This document shows positions 5,887-12,881 of a DNA stretch of 12,936 nt, in pieces; positions within the stretch are counted from its first letter, which is position 1; the number at the start of each line of letters is the position of its first letter. The notes beneath the pieces are model-generated. The model was not told where the DNA came from. It ran no database searches and saw only the letters and a program-made list of their open reading frames with translations. A program made the position numbers and the translations under genes. Origin of the DNA: a virus; the IMG/VR virus record IMGVR_UViG_3300045988_139237, one strand, 5' to 3'.

Positions 5887-6081
5887 ATGGAATGGATTCA
5901 GGCAGTAAGCCAGTTATTCAGCTCTTTAGGTGTACCTGTAGCGTGCCTTGCAGTAACCTTTTATTTATGGTACAGGGAGACTGAAAACCATAAAGAAGAA
6001 ATACACAACCTCTCAGAGGTTCTGAACAACAACACGATGGCAATTCAGAAACTTGCAGACAAACTGGACGTAAAGGAGTGA
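5887..6081 (+). CDS. Holin-like small membrane protein (BhlA/UviB-like architecture), 64 aa
   Basis: GAGGGGG (5873-5879) lies 7 nt before ATG 5887; the ORF-track start at 5842 lacks an SD. The N-terminal TM segment LFSSLGVPVACLAVTFYLWY is followed by a charged helical tail (ETENHKEEIHNLSEVL...KLADKLD). This resembles the remembered BhlA layout. Confidence 0.5.
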   Translation: MEWIQAVSQLFSSLGVPVACLAVTFYLWYRETENHKEEIHNLSEVLNNNTMAIQKLADKLDVKE

Positions 6082-6085
6082 TACC

Positions 6086-6388
6086 ATGCCATTAGGCGCA
6101 AAAATTCTACTAGACCCCGATATGGAAGAACAGTACGGAATGATTAACATTATACCAGACTGCGATGTATATGGTGAATACAAGATAAGCACAAAGAGTT
6201 CCCCACTGATGTTGCGTGATAAGCCAGATACAAACGCAGATATCATTGTAGAGATGCCAAAAGGACGTACTATTTTTTGTTACGGGTTCACAGATATCAC
6301 TATGAACTGGTATCTTTGCGAATACTCCGACAGCGGAAAGATTTATACAGGTTTTTGTAATAAAAAATATTTAATAAAAAAGGAGTGA
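6086..6388 (+). CDS. Free-standing SH3b-like (bacterial SH3, cell-wall-binding type) domain protein, 100 aa
   Basis: AAGGAG (6073-6078) lies 7 nt before ATG 6086. The C-terminal 60 aa, LMLRDKPDTNADIIVEMPKGRTIFCYG...NWYLCEY..SGKIYTGFCNKKYL, follows the SH3b pattern (LNVRsGPs...vig.l.kGt.v.v....gW.kv.y.GktGyv...yl). Confidence 0.5.
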   Translation: MPLGAKILLDPDMEEQYGMINIIPDCDVYGEYKISTKSSPLMLRDKPDTNADIIVEMPKGRTIFCYGFTDITMNWYLCEYSDSGKIYTGFCNKKYLIKKE

Positions 6389-6392
6389 CAAC

Positions 6393-6749
6393 ATGAAAAT
6401 CGAGGATATCATCGCCCTTGCAGGGGCAGGATTTAGCAAACAGGACATCATCAAGATTGCAGGTACAGGGTCAATTCCGACTCCGACTCCGGCTCCGACT
6501 CCGGCTCCGATTCTGACACCGACACCGGCATCAGCACCAGCACCAGCATCAGCACCAGCATCAGTTCCGGCACAGGTTCCGGGTAATACTCAGGACGTTT
6601 TTAATCAGCGTATGGGAGTTCTTGACAATCGGTTGGATGAAATTACTAGATTGATTCAGGCGGGTAACCTGAGTAACTCTCAGATTCCAGAACCACCGAC
6701 AACGAACGACATGTTAGCATCAATTATTAATCCACCAGTAAAGGAGTGA
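6393..6749 (+). CDS. Putative scaffolding protein (by position) with a Pro/Thr/Ala linker, 118 aa
   Basis: AAGGAG (6380-6385) precedes ATG 6393. It lies immediately upstream of the capsid gene, like phi29 gp7. It has an N-terminal helix-hairpin-like segment, 18 [P/S/L/Q]-[T/A/I/V/G] dipeptides, and a helical C-terminus (VLDNRLDEITRLIQ). Confidence 0.4.
   Translation: MKIEDIIALAGAGFSKQDIIKIAGTGSIPTPTPAPTPAPILTPTPASAPAPASAPASVPAQVPGNTQDVFNQRMGVLDNRLDEITRLIQAGNLSNSQIPEPPTTNDMLASIINPPVKE
6477..6584 (+). repeat. Degenerate hexanucleotide array (18 units, CCGACT/CCGGCT/CCAGCA/TCAGCA types), in frame within CDS 6393-6749
   Basis: Tiling in 6-nt steps from 6477 gives ccgact ccgact ccggct ccgact ccggct ccgatt ctgaca ccgaca ccggca tcagca ccagca ccagca tcagca ccagca tcagtt ccggca caggtt ccgggt. 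Confidence 0.9.
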
Positions 6750-6753
6750 TATT

Positions 6754-7950
6754 ATGGGTTCATCAAATGAATTAACGACGGGCGCACCGAACGTAGCCAA
6801 TTTTAGCTCAGCTGCTATTCTGAATGAAATTGTAAGTCAGGCGACAGGCAACAAATCAATTAGCGCGATTTCGACTGGCAGTTTTACTTCGGTTGCTACA
6901 ACTGCACTCGGGTTGGGAATCGACCCGCTGTTAAACGCAATTTCTCAGGTTCTCAGTAGAACCATTTTTTCTATCCGACCATATTCACGAAAGTTTAAGG
7001 GGCTGTATCAGGATAACATGACTTTTGGAAACCATGTGCGGAAACTTAACATCGCAGATTCTGATTGGGATAAAGATGATAGATACGACCTGGAAGACGG
7101 ACAGAGCGTGGACGACCAGGCAGTGGCTATTCCAAAAATACTACAGACAAATTTCTATGGACAGAACGTTTACCAGAGACAGATTACACTGTTTAGAGAT
7201 CAGTTAAACGTTGCTTTACAAAATGAACAGGAATTTCAGAGGTTTGTTACTATGATTATGACAAATGCGTCTGATTTGATTGAACAGGCACATGAAGCAA
7301 CAGCAAGAATGACGCTTGCGAACTTTATCGGGGGTAAAGTTATAGGGGACACAGACAATGTTATTCATCTTGTGACAAAATACAATGAAGTAGCAGGAAC
7401 TACACTGACAACTGACACGGTAAAACAGCCTGAAAATTTTGTGCCGTTCATGAAGTGGGTGACAGGTTACATCAAAACAGTGTCAGACTGGATGTCTGAG
7501 AGAACACAAAAGTTTCACATTAACGTGACAGGAAAAGAGATTTCCAGACATACGCCATACAACAAACAGAAACTGTATCTGTATTCTGAGGAACTGAACA
7601 ACATTGATTCTACTGTTATGTCCTCTATCTTTAACGACAGCTATCTGAAAATGGCTGACCACGAGAAAGTTGGATTTTGGCAGAACATTGACACCCCCGA
7701 CGGTATCCATGTAAAAGCATCTTATATGGATAACCTCGGAAATATTGAATCTGATTCTGAGGGTACGGCTACATCGAATATTTTCGGCGTGTTATTCGAC
7801 GAGGAAGCAGTTGGTATCACAACTTACGGCGAGTGGTCTGCACCTTCACCGTTTAATGCACGGGGTGGGTACAGTAACATTTTCTGGCATTTCAATGACA
7901 GATATTATAATGATTTCACAGAAAATGGAGTTGTGTTCTTATTAGATTAA
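6754..7950 (+). CDS. Major capsid protein, phi29 gp8-like core (398 aa)
   Basis: AAGGAG (6741-6746) precedes ATG 6754. The size and the position after the scaffold gene fit. The blocks LSRTIFSIRPYSRKFKG and YQRQITLFRDQL...FQRFV parallel remembered phi29 gp8 VDRIGLVVIRQ...KKFKKG and YHQTIQDDSL...FESFV. There is no C-terminal Ig-like extension. Confidence 0.7.
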   Translation: MGSSNELTTGAPNVANFSSAAILNEIVSQATGNKSISAISTGSFTSVATTALGLGIDPLLNAISQVLSRTIFSIRPYSRKFKGLYQDNMTFGNHVRKLNIADSDWDKDDRYDLEDGQSVDDQAVAIPKILQTNFYGQNVYQRQITLFRDQLNVALQNEQEFQRFVTMIMTNASDLIEQAHEATARMTLANFIGGKVIGDTDNVIHLVTKYNEVAGTTLTTDTVKQPENFVPFMKWVTGYIKTVSDWMSERTQKFHINVTGKEISRHTPYNKQKLYLYSEELNNIDSTVMSSIFNDSYLKMADHEKVGFWQNIDTPDGIHVKASYMDNLGNIESDSEGTATSNIFGVLFDEEAVGITTYGEWSAPSPFNARGGYSNIFWHFNDRYYNDFTENGVVFLLD

Positions 7951-7965
7951 TAAGGTGGTGACAGC

Positions 7966-9342
7966 ATGAGAGTTCATTTTTACAATGTGGGAAAACGTAA
8001 AAATTCTACATGGGTTCCCCCAGATTCTTCTGCTGTTGTGACTAGAACTGGGGCTTTACGAAGCCCCTCTTCTATTTCAAGTCCAACGCTGAGCGTACAA
8101 TATAACGATGCTTCTGGGAATCCGACTAATTTAAATTACTGTTATGTTGAAGAGTTTAACAGATATTATTTTGTAAAAGACTGGACGTTTGAAGAGGGTC
8201 TATGGATTTGTTCATTAGAGTGTGACGTATTAGCAAGCTTCAAAAGCAAAATCATAGAAGAAGAATTTTACATTTTACGAAGCAGTGCCACTTTTGATGG
8301 TTCTGTAATAGACAATTTTTACCCCGCAAAATCTGGTTACACAAAAAAGGCGCAAGAAATTAGCGTACTGCCAGAAGGTGCAAGCACAGGTTGGATGACA
8401 GGGTTCATTATACTGACAGTAGTAGGTCAAGAGGGTGCATTAGAATATTACCAATTTCAAGTAACAGATTTCACAACGTTCTGCCAGAAAGCATTCGGCG
8501 ACATAGATTGGGCTGATATCAAAGAATCAGGAATAAAAGATTCCATTGTTAAAATTGTTATGAACCCATTCCAGTACGTGTCAAATTGTATGTGGATGCC
8601 TTTTGGTATACCCGGTGGAACAGAAGTGTCAGAACTTCCGTTAGGATATTGGAAAATTCCTGCAGTATGTACAAAATTGGATGGACTTTTAGCATACAAA
8701 CTAAAACGGAGTGTGACCTTGTCAAGTCATCCTCAGGCTTCTAGAGGTGATTACCTGAACCACGGCGCATATCATCGGTTGGAAATAGCCTCAAGACTAT
8801 TTGGTGTGATGCAAATTGACACCAATAAAATAAATATTAGCGCTCCAATTAATGTTGATTTCCGAATAGACCCAAGAACAGGTGTATATGATATCTCGTT
8901 TACTAATAATAATGCACTACTCGGCTATAGTTCTGGTATGTATGGTGTTCCTGTTCAAATAAATGAAGCTAGAAACAATCCTCTTGAGGGTGTGATATCA
9001 TCTGTAGCCGCACTCGGTAGTATTGCTTCCACTCAACTCATGAAAGGAGTTGGGTATATCGGGAACGCTGTAAATGAGTTCCTTCCTACAGTGTCGTCAA
9101 AAGGGTCTAATGGCTCAACTATAGGAACCGATTGTTGGATATCATTTTTTCAATATTTCCTAACAGTCACTGACGAGGACAACAGTGAAAATGGGAGACC
9201 GTATATGAAACGTGGTACTTTTAAGTCACTGGGAACCGGATATTATTTGGTAGAACATGGGGACATGAATATTACAGGGGCTTATTCAGATGAGATATCA
9301 AGAGTTAAATCATTGTTAGAAGGGGGTGTTTATTATGCATAG
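7966..9342 (+). CDS. Tail knob / distal tail tube protein, phi29 gp9-like (458 aa)
   Basis: AAGGTGG (7952-7958) precedes ATG 7966. The N-terminal block NYCYVEEFNRYYFVKDWTFEEGLWICSLECDVLASF parallels remembered phi29 gp9 YIMFQNADYGNKWFYAFVTELEF...VHFEIDVLQTW. Confidence 0.6.
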   Translation: MRVHFYNVGKRKNSTWVPPDSSAVVTRTGALRSPSSISSPTLSVQYNDASGNPTNLNYCYVEEFNRYYFVKDWTFEEGLWICSLECDVLASFKSKIIEEEFYILRSSATFDGSVIDNFYPAKSGYTKKAQEISVLPEGASTGWMTGFIILTVVGQEGALEYYQFQVTDFTTFCQKAFGDIDWADIKESGIKDSIVKIVMNPFQYVSNCMWMPFGIPGGTEVSELPLGYWKIPAVCTKLDGLLAYKLKRSVTLSSHPQASRGDYLNHGAYHRLEIASRLFGVMQIDTNKINISAPINVDFRIDPRTGVYDISFTNNNALLGYSSGMYGVPVQINEARNNPLEGVISSVAALGSIASTQLMKGVGYIGNAVNEFLPTVSSKGSNGSTIGTDCWISFFQYFLTVTDEDNSENGRPYMKRGTFKSLGTGYYLVEHGDMNITGAYSDEISRVKSLLEGGVYYA

Positions 9343-9979
9343 AAACATCAGAAATGACAACTCAGCATTATTAATAGGTCTTTCCATTGGTGGCTCTGGG
9401 GGTAGCGGTAGTGAAATCCCCCTGCCGTCTGGAAAATGGAATGTGATAGTTACAGACAAAGAGAACGGATATTTTACACTAGAACAAATGAAGCAAAATG
9501 CAGCCAATATTAACAACTACTTTAAGGAAAGAGGATGGAGTGCGTCAGCCAGAATGGCACTTTTGGGGAACATGGAAAAAGAAAGTACCATGAATCCCGG
9601 ATTAATTGAAGTTGGTGGCGGTACTACTTCGGCAGGCCCGGGAAGAGGTCTTGTACAGTGGACACCCGGTCAGAATCTTCTCACAGTTTTAGACGTGCTG
9701 TACAGTGGGCATGATGATTGGTATGATGGGGGAAAACAGTGTGCTGTTTTGTTTGCTGAATATCAGGAAAGTGTGGGGGATGCACATAGAGGTATTGAAC
9801 CGCAGTGGTATCAGACATCTAGTTATCCAATAACATGGAGACAATGGGCAACTGGAAACTATGATTTAAAATATCTAACAAATGCGTTCATGTATAATTA
9901 TCTCAGACCTGGCGACCTGAATCAGCCTGATAGATATGTAAAAGCGCAATACTGGAGTTCAATATTTATAAAGGGGTGA
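9335..9979 (+). CDS. Tail-associated peptidoglycan hydrolase, phi29 gp13 N-terminal lysozyme-like domain only (214 aa)
   Basis: GGGGGTG (9322-9328) precedes ATG 9335. LLGNMEKESTMNPGL...GRGLVQWTPGQN and YLRPGDLNQPDRYVKAQYW match remembered gp13 MLGNMQSESTINPGL...GFGLVQWTPASN and YERPANPNQPERGDQAEYW. There is no C-terminal M23 peptidase domain. Confidence 0.85.
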   Translation: MHRNIRNDNSALLIGLSIGGSGGSGSEIPLPSGKWNVIVTDKENGYFTLEQMKQNAANINNYFKERGWSASARMALLGNMEKESTMNPGLIEVGGGTTSAGPGRGLVQWTPGQNLLTVLDVLYSGHDDWYDGGKQCAVLFAEYQESVGDAHRGIEPQWYQTSSYPITWRQWATGNYDLKYLTNAFMYNYLRPGDLNQPDRYVKAQYWSSIFIKG

Positions 9980-9980
9980 T

Positions 9981-10901
9981 ATGATGCCATACAGTTATGA
10001 AATGGTAAACTTGTTTAACTCGTCTTACAGTCCGTCAACTCTTCACACAAAAAACACTCAAATGTTCAATTTTTTCAAGAAGTATTTACTCGAGAAAGTT
10101 ATATCTGTGTTTGAATTTGAGTTACCTGAAATGTGGGATAAGAATTATTTTCTGTACTCGTTGTTTTTAAATGGCTATCTGGCAATTGTGAATACGGACA
10201 AGTTTGGTGTTATATGTCAGCATTGTGAATTGAGAGGGTATAATATCTATTACAATCCCACACATGCCATAATTGTCAATCCTCTATTGACTGGAATTTT
10301 AGAACCTAAAATTGGCACTCAGTGTTCTCTTATCAGATTACAGCCAAATTATAGTGGTGTTTCTGATATCGTAAATTACTATGCAGATAATATGGCTATG
10401 ACTGCTGAAACGTGTGAAATGAATATCATGAATAGCAAGCTATCATTCCTTTTCGCAGTGAGAGGAAAAAGCCAGGCTGAATCAATGAAGAAAATTCTTG
10501 ACCAGGTGATGAGGGGTGAGCTAGGGGTTTTCTATGATGAAAAACTGAAAATGGGAAATGACAATATCCCATTAGATTTTTTTAACAATGACTTAAAAAA
10601 GAATTTTATTGCCCCGGAATTACAGGACACGTTAAGACGGTGGGAAGAAATGTTCTGTAATGAGGTTGGTATCCCGAACATAAGAAGCGACAAGAAAGAA
10701 CGTATGATAGTGGATGAAGTGAACAGCAACAATATTGAATGTTTCACAAAAGCGGAACTGTGGCTTGAAACACTAAAAGAGGGGGTTGAGCAAACCAACA
10801 AAATGTTCAATCTTGACCTCGGCGTTAAATTGCGTCATAATGAAGGGGGTGAGAATAATGCCCGGGGAACTTTACTTGCAGGGTCTGCTAGCATGGAATG
10901 A
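9981..10901 (+). CDS. Portal (head-tail connector / upper collar) protein, phi29 gp10-like (306 aa)
   Basis: AAGGGGTGA (9971-9979) precedes ATG 9981. WEEMFCNEVGIPNIRSDKKERMIVDEVNSNN...NLDLGVKLR parallels remembered gp10 [30 protein letters not shown]...GLNVKVKFR. The size is nearly identical to gp10 (309 aa). Confidence 0.85.
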   Translation: MMPYSYEMVNLFNSSYSPSTLHTKNTQMFNFFKKYLLEKVISVFEFELPEMWDKNYFLYSLFLNGYLAIVNTDKFGVICQHCELRGYNIYYNPTHAIIVNPLLTGILEPKIGTQCSLIRLQPNYSGVSDIVNYYADNMAMTAETCEMNIMNSKLSFLFAVRGKSQAESMKKILDQVMRGELGVFYDEKLKMGNDNIPLDFFNNDLKKNFIAPELQDTLRRWEEMFCNEVGIPNIRSDKKERMIVDEVNSNNIECFTKAELWLETLKEGVEQTNKMFNLDLGVKLRHNEGGENNARGTLLAGSASME

Positions 10902-11499
10902 GAATCTGTTGAAAGATAATTTCATAAGCCATTTACCTATCAATATGGTGAATGATATTGGAAAGGATAATATTCAGAACTATGTGTTGTTGAAATGTGC
11001 TGAACTGGAAGTTCTGATACCGTCACCTACTGAAATGGCGTTGGCTTTAAATTCGTGGGCTTCAGTGAATGAGAGATTGTTCTCAATCATCTATGATATA
11101 GAACTTGCTATTTCCACGACAGAGGGTGCAAAAACAGAAACGATTACGAGAGACAGGAAAGGAAAATCTGAAACAGAAGATAATGAAAATTTAAAACGTG
11201 AAAGTAATAGTGGGACGAGTGGGGCAGATTCAACAGCCGAAAAAGTGGCAGGGTTTAATTCTACGTCACTTGTGGATAAGGGAAGCACAACCATTACTTA
11301 TGGGGGAAAAGCAAGCTATGATGAGACAAATAACAACGCAAAAAATTCTAAAAATGAAACGACAGAAACGGAAAAAGAAACAAGGTCTACGGGGATGTCG
11401 GAACTTGAAGTGCTGGATTTCAAGCTTGAAAAATCTATGAGTGCACTGGGTAAAATTACTGAAATGTTTAAAGAGGAGTTTTTCCTGTTAGTGTATTAA
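10858..11499 (+). CDS. Putative lower collar / head-tail adaptor protein (by position), 213 aa
   Basis: GGGGGTGA (10845-10852) precedes ATG 10858; the ORF-track start at 10786 has no SD. It follows the portal gene, as gp11 does in phi29. The central region is rich in Thr/Ser/Glu/Lys/Asn and low in complexity. Confidence 0.4.
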   Translation: MPGELYLQGLLAWNENLLKDNFISHLPINMVNDIGKDNIQNYVLLKCAELEVLIPSPTEMALALNSWASVNERLFSIIYDIELAISTTEGAKTETITRDRKGKSETEDNENLKRESNSGTSGADSTAEKVAGFNSTSLVDKGSTTITYGGKASYDETNNNAKNSKNETTETEKETRSTGMSELEVLDFKLEKSMSALGKITEMFKEEFFLLVY

Positions 11500-11512
11500 G
11501 GAGGGTGAGAAA

Positions 11513-12838
11513 ATGTTTAAATTTCCATATACAAATTTTCATGAAATGAATTTAACATGGATTATAGAAACGGTAAAGAAGTTAGTAGACGAGTGGGTTA
11601 AAATGCAGGGTGATTTCTCCAATTTACAGGGTGACTTTGAGGAATTAAAGAAGTATGTGTCAGATTATTTTACAAAGCTTGAAATTGACAAGGAAATAAG
11701 AAAAATCCTAGAGGAAATGAAAACTAGCGGTGAGCTTTCAGAAATCATTTCAGATGCGTTATTACAGGGTGCGTTGGCGAGAGTTAATAAACCCACAGTT
11801 CTTATTTTGGGTGACAGTTACGGTGCAGGGGAAAACCTCTCTAATAAAGAAAATTCGTGGGCATATATGCTTAAAAATGCCCTCGAAAAAAATGGGTATA
11901 CAGTGAAACTGAGTGCCATTGGTGGTTATGGTTTTACAGCGGACGGAACAAAAACATTCACCAGTATGTTAAACACATTAGCTAACAGTATGACAACGAA
12001 TGACAAAACAAATGTTGTAAAGGTAATTGTAGGTGGTAGCTATAACGACCGAAATGCTCCTGAAAGTGATATCAGTCAGGGCATGATTGATTTTCAAAGT
12101 GCCATTTCAAACAATTTTGAAAACTGCAAAAATGTTGTTGTGTGCCCTATGGGTTGGACTTGGGAAGGACATCAGCAGGGTATCCACACATCAACAACAT
12201 ATATCAGTGTGATTAAAGCAATTAAAATCTGGATGTACTCAGCGGCTCAGTTAGGGTTCAGTGTTATCCCTGCATATCAGGGAATGTTGTATGAATCCTC
12301 CTTTTCAAATGATGGCGTGCATCCGTCCGACCAAGGGCAGAAGAATATTCTGAATATGGTAATTGGAGCGTTTGACGGACTTTATTTTAAACCAATTAAC
12401 AGTATCGAATATGGTACAACGTTTACAAAAACATCTAGTATCCCCGGTAAAGGTGGCGCGAAAATCAGATATTCCATTTTCAATGGTACTGCTAAAGTAA
12501 GATGTTTGGAGCTAAAGCTCAGTGAAATAAATGTGCCGAACCAGAAACTGGACGGAACACCATTAGAGATTGGTACTATTGACAGTCCGGCAATTCATTT
12601 TAATGCAACAGATTGTACGTTCCCGTGTAGTGTGATTCTGAGAGGTAAAGAAACTGACACAGCAGGTGAAGCAAATTTGTTCACAATGGTGCAGGGTTCT
12701 ATTAAAATTTCAGAAAAAAAAGTGTATTTAATTATGCACGCGATTAATACTGCGAAAAGGAATTATTTAAAGTATGACATCAACCAGATAGAGTGCGTAG
12801 ATTTTGGGGAATTTGTCTTCGACCCTCTTTTTCAGTAG
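11513..12838 (+). CDS. Tail appendage / receptor-binding protein with an SGNH (GDSL) esterase domain (441 aa)
   Basis: AAGGAGGGTGA (11498-11508) precedes ATG 11513. All four SGNH blocks are present: LILGDSYGAG (I), IGGYGF (II), GGSYNDRN (III) and DGVHPSDQG (V). There is an N-terminal helical/coiled segment and a C-terminal domain of about 150 aa. It occupies the gp12 position after the collar gene. Confidence 0.7.
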   Translation: MFKFPYTNFHEMNLTWIIETVKKLVDEWVKMQGDFSNLQGDFEELKKYVSDYFTKLEIDKEIRKILEEMKTSGELSEIISDALLQGALARVNKPTVLILGDSYGAGENLSNKENSWAYMLKNALEKNGYTVKLSAIGGYGFTADGTKTFTSMLNTLANSMTTNDKTNVVKVIVGGSYNDRNAPESDISQGMIDFQSAISNNFENCKNVVVCPMGWTWEGHQQGIHTSTTYISVIKAIKIWMYSAAQLGFSVIPAYQGMLYESSFSNDGVHPSDQGQKNILNMVIGAFDGLYFKPINSIEYGTTFTKTSSIPGKGGAKIRYSIFNGTAKVRCLELKLSEINVPNQKLDGTPLEIGTIDSPAIHFNATDCTFPCSVILRGKETDTAGEANLFTMVQGSIKISEKKVYLIMHAINTAKRNYLKYDINQIECVDFGEFVFDPLFQ

Positions 12839-12852
12839 GTGAACAAACGTTT

Positions 12853-12878
12853 GGCCTCGACTTCGGTCGGGGTCTTTT
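12853..12878 (+). terminator. Rho-independent terminator closing the single-strand transcription unit
   Basis: Stem CCUCGAC (12855-12861) / GUCGGGG (12866-12872), with one G-U pair, a UUCG tetraloop (12862-12865) and a following UCUUUU (12873-12878). It lies 15 nt after the last stop codon and 3 nt before the right ITR. Confidence 0.75.
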
Positions 12879-12881
12879 GCG

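Noticed and set aside
6477-6584. Short-period repeats as a CRISPR array or a satellite/mobile-element remnant
   Set aside because: The period is 6 nt, the repeats are degenerate with no spacers, and they are in frame inside a well-supported CDS. The array encodes a Pro/Thr/Ala linker.
373-10857. N-terminal extensions suggested by the ORF track (starts at 373, 1008, 4051, 4638, 5842, 9326 and 10786)
   Set aside because: In every case an internal ATG is preceded at 6-9 nt by a strong SD (AGAGG, GGAGG, AAGGAG, GAGGGGG, GGGGGTG) or forms an ATGA overlap with the upstream stop. The upstream alternative starts (TTG/GTG) either abut the SD or lack one. The shorter coordinates were used.
1068-11294. 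All 15 minus-strand ORFs in the track (1068-1352, 1555-1755, 1914-2213, 2674-2922, 3597-3797, 3646-3963, 3831-4076, 4018-4320, 5135-5341, 6013-6246, 7483-7710, 8457-8699, 9316-9516, 10532-10810, 11091-11294)
   Set aside because: Each lies almost entirely antisense to a well-supported + strand gene and has no Shine-Dalgarno. Their Phe/Leu/Cys/Ser-rich, low-complexity composition is typical of the antisense of purine-rich coding sequence. No promoter-like element was seen on the minus strand.
7025-11440. Nested same-strand, out-of-frame ORFs 7025-7207 and 7745-7945 (inside the capsid gene) and 11198-11440 (inside the collar-position gene)
   Set aside because: They have no SD, lie wholly inside longer genes with strong motif support or position, and have odd composition. 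They are treated as chance open frames.
2390-12584. Other exact TTGACA hexamers (2390, 2858, 6622, 7688, 11685, 12579) as internal promoters
   Set aside because: None has an acceptable -10 (TAnnnT) or a TG extension at 16-18 bp; the hexamers found there are GGGGTT, AAGGCT, ACTAGA, GTAAAA, CTAGAG and AATGCA. All are inside coding sequence.
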